Source of the DNA: a virus
Lineage: Duplodnaviria > Caudoviricetes
Length of the DNA stretch: 40,749 nt
IMG/VR virus record: IMGVR_UViG_3300029183_000200
Coordinates: 1-40,749 of that record
Reading direction: 5' to 3' (one strand)
Position 1 is the first letter of the stretch. The number at the start of each line of letters is the position of its first letter. The notes below the pieces were generated by a model. It was not told where the DNA came from, did no database searches, and was given only the letters and a program-made list of their open reading frames with translations. This document shows positions 35,517 through 40,749 of this stretch, piece by piece. Position numbers and translations under genes: made by a program.

Positions 35517-36333
35517 AGCACTAGATGCCAACCTTGACGGTTCAGTTGTCAAAGAGCGACAGGGCTTTAGCTACATCGAAGGCTGGTGGGCTGTTAAAGA
35601 AGCCAACCGTATCTTCGGTCACGGCAACTGGAGCCACAGGATTGATTCAATGAACCCGGTCGTCACTGCCACTCAGGGCAACCCAAATTACGATAACGGA
35701 AAGGGACGACAGGGATACCTAGTCGCCTACACATGCCAGGTCTCGGTGACAGTTAGTACGCCAGACGGAGATGGCAACATTCATTACGGCATCGGCTACG
35801 GAGAAGGTATCGACTACAACAACTGCGGGCAGGCATACGAGGCCGCAGTCAAAGAAGCTGAGACCGATGCCATGAAGCGAGCTCTAAAGAACTGGGGCAA
35901 CCCGTTCGGCCTCGCTCTGTATGACAAAGACCAGTCCAGTGTTGACCGCGTGCCATCAGACAAAGGCTATGGCATCTGCCCAGACCACGGCGTGCCGTAC
36001 TCACTCAGTGACAAACAGAAAGCATCTGGGTTCAGGCCAAGCCACAAAGAAGGCGATGGCTGGTGCGAGAAGCCCGCTGATGCCCCTGAGCCTGCCGCAG
36101 AGCGCAAGCAACCTGAATGGATGACTCCTGAGTACCACGAAGCATCCAACGTGCTCGCACAGCTTTTCGACAACGGCGACCAGCGGCTCCAGTACGTGAA
36201 AGACGTGACCGGCAGAGAAATCGAACACCCTGAAGAAGTCACGACTGAGGAATGGATAAAAGTTAAACAGTCAGCAGTTGGGGATCTTGCTGAGATGAAC
36301 GGCACTGAAGAAGCACAAGAGTTGGACTTTTAG
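35491..36333 (+). CDS. Rad52/Rad22-family single-strand annealing recombinase
   Basis: SYIEGW..EANRIFG..W, AVKEAETDAMKRAL..GNPFGLALYDK. Confidence 0.92.
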   Translation: MTFTPEQIEALDANLDGSVVKERQGFSYIEGWWAVKEANRIFGHGNWSHRIDSMNPVVTATQGNPNYDNGKGRQGYLVAYTCQVSVTVSTPDGDGNIHYGIGYGEGIDYNNCGQAYEAAVKEAETDAMKRALKNWGNPFGLALYDKDQSSVDRVPSDKGYGICPDHGVPYSLSDKQKASGFRPSHKEGDGWCEKPADAPEPAAERKQPEWMTPEYHEASNVLAQLFDNGDQRLQYVKDVTGREIEHPEEVTTEEWIKVKQSAVGDLAEMNGTEEAQELDF

Positions 36334-36340
36334 AAAGATC

Positions 36341-36829
36341 ATGCAGAAAGCTCAGTACAGAAACGCATACATAGACACCTACGAGCACAAGGACACAGGC
36401 TGCCACATCGCACCTTCATGCCTGAACTGCCCCCTAGAAAGATGTGTTCTTGAAGGCAGGCTCAACTTCTCTGCACGCAGCCTCAGATGGGCACGGATCT
36501 GGCGGCTTGTTCAGGCTGGCATGAAAGTAGTTGAGGTCGCAAGACAGATGAGAGTCTCTGAGCGCACGGTATCCAGGGTCAAACAGTTCAAGGGAGTCAT
36601 GCCAATGCCGAACCACCCAACGGATATCGAAGACGGCAAAGGCGCACACATCCATGCACTAGAACGTGTGCATTACAAGCCCTACAAGGCCGCTATAGCC
36701 TTCAGGAAGCCCACACACATAGTTACCTACCCTCAGTCCTGTCCTCGGTGCTCTGCAGGGGCCACGGTCGATTTCAGGAAAAGAACAGCAGCCTGCCAGC
36801 TTAGGTGTGGGTGGGAGTTTGGGGGATAG
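36341..36829 (+). CDS. Cys-cluster plus HTH regulator with C-terminal Zn ribbon
   Basis: DTGCHIAPSCLNCPLERC, VARQMRVSERTVSR, CPRC..CQLRC. Confidence 0.75.
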   Translation: MQKAQYRNAYIDTYEHKDTGCHIAPSCLNCPLERCVLEGRLNFSARSLRWARIWRLVQAGMKVVEVARQMRVSERTVSRVKQFKGVMPMPNHPTDIEDGKGAHIHALERVHYKPYKAAIAFRKPTHIVTYPQSCPRCSAGATVDFRKRTAACQLRCGWEFGG

Positions 36830-37048
36830 ATGGAGATCGTAATTCGTCCTGCTAATTGGAACGGCTGGGAAGGTATCAATGAAGCAACTGCCCATTGCCG
36901 CTGCGGATTCACCTATCGAATCCGCATGAAGTTCAAGAATGAGACAGGGGGGCTGATGCGCATTCATGATCGAGTTTGCCCTTCCTGCAAAACAACAGAC
37001 ACACGGAAGGTCGAGTCTGATCCTGAAACTTTCACGCTCGGAAGCTAG
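36830..37048 (+). CDS. zinc-ribbon protein
   Basis: CRC...CPSC. Confidence 0.65.
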   Translation: MEIVIRPANWNGWEGINEATAHCRCGFTYRIRMKFKNETGGLMRIHDRVCPSCKTTDTRKVESDPETFTLGS

Positions 37049-37066
37049 TGACAGTGCCAAAGGAGG

Positions 37067-37096
37067 TTGAATCTACAGAATAGTGTGTGCTAGGGT
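37067..37096 (+). promoter_or_regulatory. putative promoter
   Basis: TTGAAT-18 nt-TAGGGT with TGn extension. Confidence 0.4.
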
Positions 37097-37154
37097 TCAC
37101 CCTGTGTCACATTGATTAGGTATTATGTAGTTGCGTCACGCGTCGCTCGCACAG

Positions 37155-37206
37155 ACCGCTCCGGACATGCCTAATCAGTATGTGACACACCGGAGCGGTT
37201 TTTTAT
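37155..37206 (+). terminator. terminator/attenuator hairpin
   Basis: ACCGCTCCGG(37155-37164)/CCGGAGCGGT(37190-37199) then a T-run. Confidence 0.7.
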
Positions 37207-37214
37207 TGCTCCAA

Positions 37215-37610
37215 AAACTGTGAGGCTGACAGCAGAACAGCCTGGGGCTACGAGCCGGATACCTTATCCAGACCGCAGCTACATACCTGACAACTCAATA
37301 TCGAAGATGGCGGCAACGCGACAGCACGTTGGGATTGTCTTCGGTGGTGGAAGCAAACGGCACGCTGTCAGAGGCCACAAGTTTTGCTCACAGACACCGA
37401 AGGGAGCCGGGTGGGTTAACCGGCCCGCCATCTTTATGTCGAAACCGCAGCAGTCACGGTCTGAAGACACGGACTCTGCAAAACCGCAGGCCGCAATGCG
37501 TATGAACGGCGGGGATGAAGCGACGAACTCACGGTGAGCCGTCATGCTTTTTCTCTCTTGCCCCTTCCGGGGGGTAGGGGGGATTCTGCTCTGAATCTTC
37601 GGTGTCCGTC
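37215..37610 (+). ncRNA. putative large structured RNA / origin region
   Basis: Many nested stems (e.g. 37303-37313/37425-37435, 37339-37346/37395-37402), no convincing protein ORF, G6-TA-G6 at 37569-37582. Confidence 0.5.
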
Positions 37611-37623
37611 ATGGAGAAAACAA

Positions 37624-38076
37624 GTGACTTCAAAGAGAACTTGGGGAGAAAGAAACACTAGAAGACTTGCTAGAGCTAGAAGACAAGCAGCAAGAACTTC
37701 AGGAAACTCAGTGTTAAGGATTCGGTCTAAGTCTTTGTATCCAGACCGTGACCCTGAAGAACTCAACGGCCCTGTCATTGTGAAGGTTCCTGGCAAAGAG
37801 CCTGTTGAACAGAAGCAGATAGATGAACGGGATCAGAGGCGTTACGCATCAGGTCCACTCAGAGCAAGGGTTCTTCTACGGGACAACTATCGGTGTCGGT
37901 ACTGCGGCACTGGCGTTGAGAATGACACAGCAAACGTCGATCACGTTATTCCGTGGAAGTACGGCGGGCAGACTCGAATGAGAAACCTCGTGACCTGCTG
38001 TAGAGATTGCAACCGGCGTAAAGGCAACAACACATGGAAGCCAACGAAGATTCAGCGTCGAAGAAAGAATCGTTAG
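37624..38076 (+). CDS. HNH endonuclease (McrA-like) with Arg-rich N-terminal helix
   Basis: RDNYRCRYCG..VDHVIP..GG....NLVTCCRDCNRRKG; GGAG before GTG at 37624. Confidence 0.88.
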   Translation: MTSKRTWGERNTRRLARARRQAARTSGNSVLRIRSKSLYPDRDPEELNGPVIVKVPGKEPVEQKQIDERDQRRYASGPLRARVLLRDNYRCRYCGTGVENDTANVDHVIPWKYGGQTRMRNLVTCCRDCNRRKGNNTWKPTKIQRRRKNR

Positions 38077-38093
38077 CGTTAGGGATAGCTTAG

Positions 38094-38261
38094 ATGAGAA
38101 ATGTATTAGCTTTAGTTCTTGGGGCATTTGTCGGCTTTCTGTTAGCTGAGAGTTATGGCATTGACTGGCGATGGATTGTGGCTCTTGCAGTAAGCCACTT
38201 AGCTGCACATGTTGCTAGTGGCGGTACGCTGTCCGACTTGATGCCTAAGAAGAACCCGTAA
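38094..38261 (+). CDS. 55-aa two-TM membrane protein
   Basis: MRNVLALVLGAFVGFLLAESYGIDWRWIVALAVSHLAAHVAS...; absent from the ORF track. Confidence 0.55.
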   Translation: MRNVLALVLGAFVGFLLAESYGIDWRWIVALAVSHLAAHVASGGTLSDLMPKKNP

Positions 38262-38308
38262 CTGAACAGGAATAAGCAACGGATTTCGTAATTAAGGGAG
38301 ACTTACAG

Positions 38309-38527
38309 ATGGGCAAAGTTGAAGAACTGCTTAACGCTCCATGTGTTCCCATCAAGATGCCACTCACTGGTAGGCCGTGGTCTTATACAGCCTGCCTCCA
38401 CTGTGGCAGCAACACGATCTACCAGTGCACGCCTGTTGTTAAGCAGCGCATTCAAGACGAACTAGCGTTGGAGGAAGCGAATGACAAACATCCCACCAGA
38501 AATCACCAAAGCCCCAGACGGATATGA
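38309..38527 (+). CDS. hypothetical protein
   Basis: GGGAG RBS, CxxC. Confidence 0.6.
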   Translation: MGKVEELLNAPCVPIKMPLTGRPWSYTACLHCGSNTIYQCTPVVKQRIQDELALEEANDKHPTRNHQSPRRI

Positions 38528-38816
38528 GTGGACTGGAGATGTGAGACTTTCAGTTGAAGGTGAGGCAGGAGCCGGGTTTGAGGACGGCAAGTGGAAGGTT
38601 TATGACGGACCTTCAAGTATTCGGGTTCCCATCCTACGCAAGATCAAGCCGGAGACTGTGATGGTGGAGTTGCCGAGGAGCACCTTTAACTACATCAAAG
38701 ATGCATCGGTAGAGCAGGGGGATCACACAGGGCCAATGAAGCTGACATTAACTGGCAACCCCGCCTTCGAGTTGCGAAGGGCCTGCAGAGAAGCAGAGGA
38801 AGCCGATGCCGAATGA
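38481..38816 (+). CDS. hypothetical protein
   Basis: GGAGG RBS. Confidence 0.7.
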   Translation: MTNIPPEITKAPDGYEWTGDVRLSVEGEAGAGFEDGKWKVYDGPSSIRVPILRKIKPETVMVELPRSTFNYIKDASVEQGDHTGPMKLTLTGNPAFELRRACREAEEADAE

Positions 38817-38985
38817 ACTGGACATGTGTGCGCAACTACGGAACCTAGAGTATCCAATAGCACATGAAGCCGCTGAAGAGATCGAACGACTTGAGAAGGC
38901 ACTAACCGAAGTTGCGCGCACTGTCTGCCACGAATGCGAGGCTCCCGATATGGCTATCGCAGCACTGGAGCGCAACAATGACTGA
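38806..38985 (+). CDS. 59-aa hypothetical protein
   Basis: GAGG RBS; EAAEEIERLE motif common in small phage proteins. Confidence 0.6.
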   Translation: MPNELDMCAQLRNLEYPIAHEAAEEIERLEKALTEVARTVCHECEAPDMAIAALERNND

Positions 38986-39082
38986 CATCATCATCAATAT
39001 CTCGCTTTTCTTCGGTGTTGTAGTTTTTGGATTCAGCCTGCCCGATGTGATACGAGTACTGCTAAGAGGTATTAACAGATGA
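38978..39082 (+). CDS. 34-aa membrane peptide with FG..LP hinge
   Basis: GGAG RBS; MTDIIINISLFFGVVVFGFSLPDVIRVLLRGINR*; ATGA coupling. Confidence 0.6.
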   Translation: MTDIIINISLFFGVVVFGFSLPDVIRVLLRGINR

Positions 39083-39450
39083 CTCTTGACCTCAACCCGC
39101 AACGACCTAACCACTGGCCTGAGTGTCCGTGTGAACGCTGCTCGTACTGGAGAACACGCGATGCCTATGTCGCACGCGTCTCCCGCAGCACAGACCCTCA
39201 GACCTCACACGAAGCTGAAGACCACATCAACAAGTCAGGATCTCGCTCAAAGCAAGTAGCAAAGTTCCTGAACGCTGTCAGAGAACACGAGGGAGCAACC
39301 TCTGGAGAGTTAGCAGAAGCTGTCGGCCTGACTATGTACGAGGCCAGCAAGAGACTGGCAGACCTGGAGAACGCTGGAAAGATTCGCAAGGGAGAACCCC
39401 GCGTGTGGGAAGGCTCAGGAAGGAAGCAGTCAACGTGGTGGCTCCGGTAA
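39079..39450 (+). CDS. winged-HTH DNA-binding protein
   Basis: TDPQTSHEA, GATSGELA..ASKRLADLE..G. Confidence 0.8.
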   Translation: MTLDLNPQRPNHWPECPCERCSYWRTRDAYVARVSRSTDPQTSHEAEDHINKSGSRSKQVAKFLNAVREHEGATSGELAEAVGLTMYEASKRLADLENAGKIRKGEPRVWEGSGRKQSTWWLR

Positions 39451-40010
39451 ACAGAATCCGCATGTGTATTCATTGTCGCAACCAGTACCGCGACTCGGAA
39501 GATCACTACTGGGAATGCCCTGCTATAGAACAACGCGGGTATGGGCGGCAAATCACAAACAGAAAGCACCGAGAGGTGGAGGAGCTTAAAGATGAGCTGA
39601 ACCGAATACTTAACAACCTTATGTCCCTTTGTGAAAGATGTGGAGGAATTGGATGGAGAAGGCTCTGTTTTGACTGCGAAGACGCGCAGGACGCTATTGA
39701 AAAAGAAGCAAAGCGCCGTCTCGTAGAACACCCACGGTACGGCGGGCCGACCTTTTATCAGTGCTGCGGAGACGAACGCAAAGGTTCGTGGGGATGGAAC
39801 CGAGAATCTATCTGTGAACCCTGCCGTGACAGGTACGCTCGCTCATGGAGGCGAAAACAAATCAGGTCTGAGAAAGTGCAAGAAGCACACAGAAAGCAAG
39901 CAGAAAGAGATAAAGAATGGCTAAGAAAAGCAAGGATGTCGTACCGGGAAGCAAAAGCACTGGTGCAGAATCGGAGGCTCGGAGCCTCGACTACGCAAGG
40001 TCAGGCGTAA
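39435..40010 (+). CDS. Cys-rich hypothetical protein
   Basis: Multiple CxxC; AGGAAG before GTG. Confidence 0.6.
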   Translation: MVAPVNRIRMCIHCRNQYRDSEDHYWECPAIEQRGYGRQITNRKHREVEELKDELNRILNNLMSLCERCGGIGWRRLCFDCEDAQDAIEKEAKRRLVEHPRYGGPTFYQCCGDERKGSWGWNRESICEPCRDRYARSWRRKQIRSEKVQEAHRKQAERDKEWLRKARMSYREAKALVQNRRLGASTTQGQA

Positions 40011-40219
40011 AGAACTCAGAGGACTTCGCAAACATGATGTCCGCAATGATGAGCGACATCATCGAAGGCAAACTCAACCCGCAGACAGCCAATGCTGCCA
40101 TCAACGCAGGCGGCAAACTGCTGAAGGTTGTCGAGATGGAATACAAGTACGGCGGGCAGTCCAGCACGGGCAAGCCAAAGGTTCCAACGCTCGCATTAGC
40201 CGACCGGAGCGGGGGATAA
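39917..40219 (+). CDS. hypothetical protein
   Basis: Helical ANAAINAGGKLLKVVEMEYKY; overlaps the upstream ORF by 94 nt. Confidence 0.65.
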   Translation: MAKKSKDVVPGSKSTGAESEARSLDYARSGVKNSEDFANMMSAMMSDIIEGKLNPQTANAAINAGGKLLKVVEMEYKYGGQSSTGKPKVPTLALADRSGG

Positions 40220-40237
40220 CCCTCGCTCGCCAGCCTC

Positions 40238-40612
40238 ATGAAGGAAGCAGAGTACATGGTGGTTGAAGTAACAAAAGAGCAAGAGGCAAGGTTTGAGTGC
40301 GGCCTTCGAGGCTGGGATTTCCACGGCTATGACGAAGCCAACCATCCTCACCAGTTGCAGGTAGTCATCCCGCCGACAAGAGGCACGGTTCACGTTACAC
40401 CGCTCAACATCGACACAGCAGAAGGCCGAGAGGCAGCGTGCGAACTGATGAAGTCCGATGTTCTGTGGGACGGCCTCAACTGGGCCGCTTATCGCCTCGT
40501 CGATTTTGAAGGGTTCTCGGAATATGAAGTTGTGCTAGACAAGACGCGGGTCGGTGCAATCAAGGCCGCATGGCTCTCAGCAGTAAAGGCAAGTGAAGAT
40601 GCCAGTAGCTAG
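40238..40612 (+). CDS. hypothetical protein
   Basis: Operon packing. Confidence 0.6.
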   Translation: MKEAEYMVVEVTKEQEARFECGLRGWDFHGYDEANHPHQLQVVIPPTRGTVHVTPLNIDTAEGREAACELMKSDVLWDGLNWAAYRLVDFEGFSEYEVVLDKTRVGAIKAAWLSAVKASEDASS

Positions 40613-40749
40613 CCGCGAAGAACTAATACAACTGATGAAGGCTATCCACAGAGTCAACTCAGGTGTCAATGAAAACTGGGATCATCCAGACCCGCACATC
40701 AGAGAAACGCTCCGTGAATATATGTCTATTTGGATCGTGACTGGGAAAC
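40599..40749 (+). CDS. truncated hypothetical protein
   Basis: MPVASREELIQLMKAIHR... open to the window end. Confidence 0.5.
   Translation, partial: MPVASREELIQLMKAIHRVNSGVNENWDHPDPHIRETLREYMSIWIVTGK

Noticed and set aside
37220-37537. 105-aa ORF as a real protein
   Set aside because: No RBS, no recognisable motif, and the sequence is better explained by base-paired stems
37215-38076. IscB/HEARO (OMEGA) locus
   Set aside because: Protein lacks PLMP and RuvC motifs and is too short; the RNA does not show the HEARO motifs I recall
1-40749. CRISPR array or diversity-generating retroelement
   Set aside because: No regularly spaced repeats, reverse transcriptase or TR/VR pair was seen by eye

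Overview
Most or all of a tailed-phage genome with podovirus-like organisation. A minus-strand late operon (~31.4 kb to ~1.0 kb) carries TerS, an inserted block of fibre/BppU-like genes, TerL, portal, putative ejection proteins, scaffold, major capsid protein, tail adaptor/nozzle, beta-helix spike and fibre. A plus-strand early region (31.9 kb to the end, resuming at 1-960) carries small ORFs, a Rad52/22-type recombinase, HTH proteins and three HNH nucleases. The host may be Chloroflexota (Dehalococcoidia-like); this is an inference. No endolysin, integrase, primase, helicase or polymerase is recognisable in the window. Two things stand out. (1) Where a lysis cassette normally sits there is a TatC homologue whose twin-arginine-binding residues appear lost, translationally coupled to unannotated membrane micro-peptides, a putative -1 frameshifted 2-TM protein and a coiled-coil lipoprotein. 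This is a candidate Tat-derived lysis/exit or Tat-hijacking system. (2) Where a replication module would be expected there is a ~500-nt region with a promoter, an attenuator-like leader, many stems and a G6-TA-G6 tract, a candidate RNA-primed origin or large ncRNA. All family calls come from motif recognition by eye; no searches or folding programs were run.
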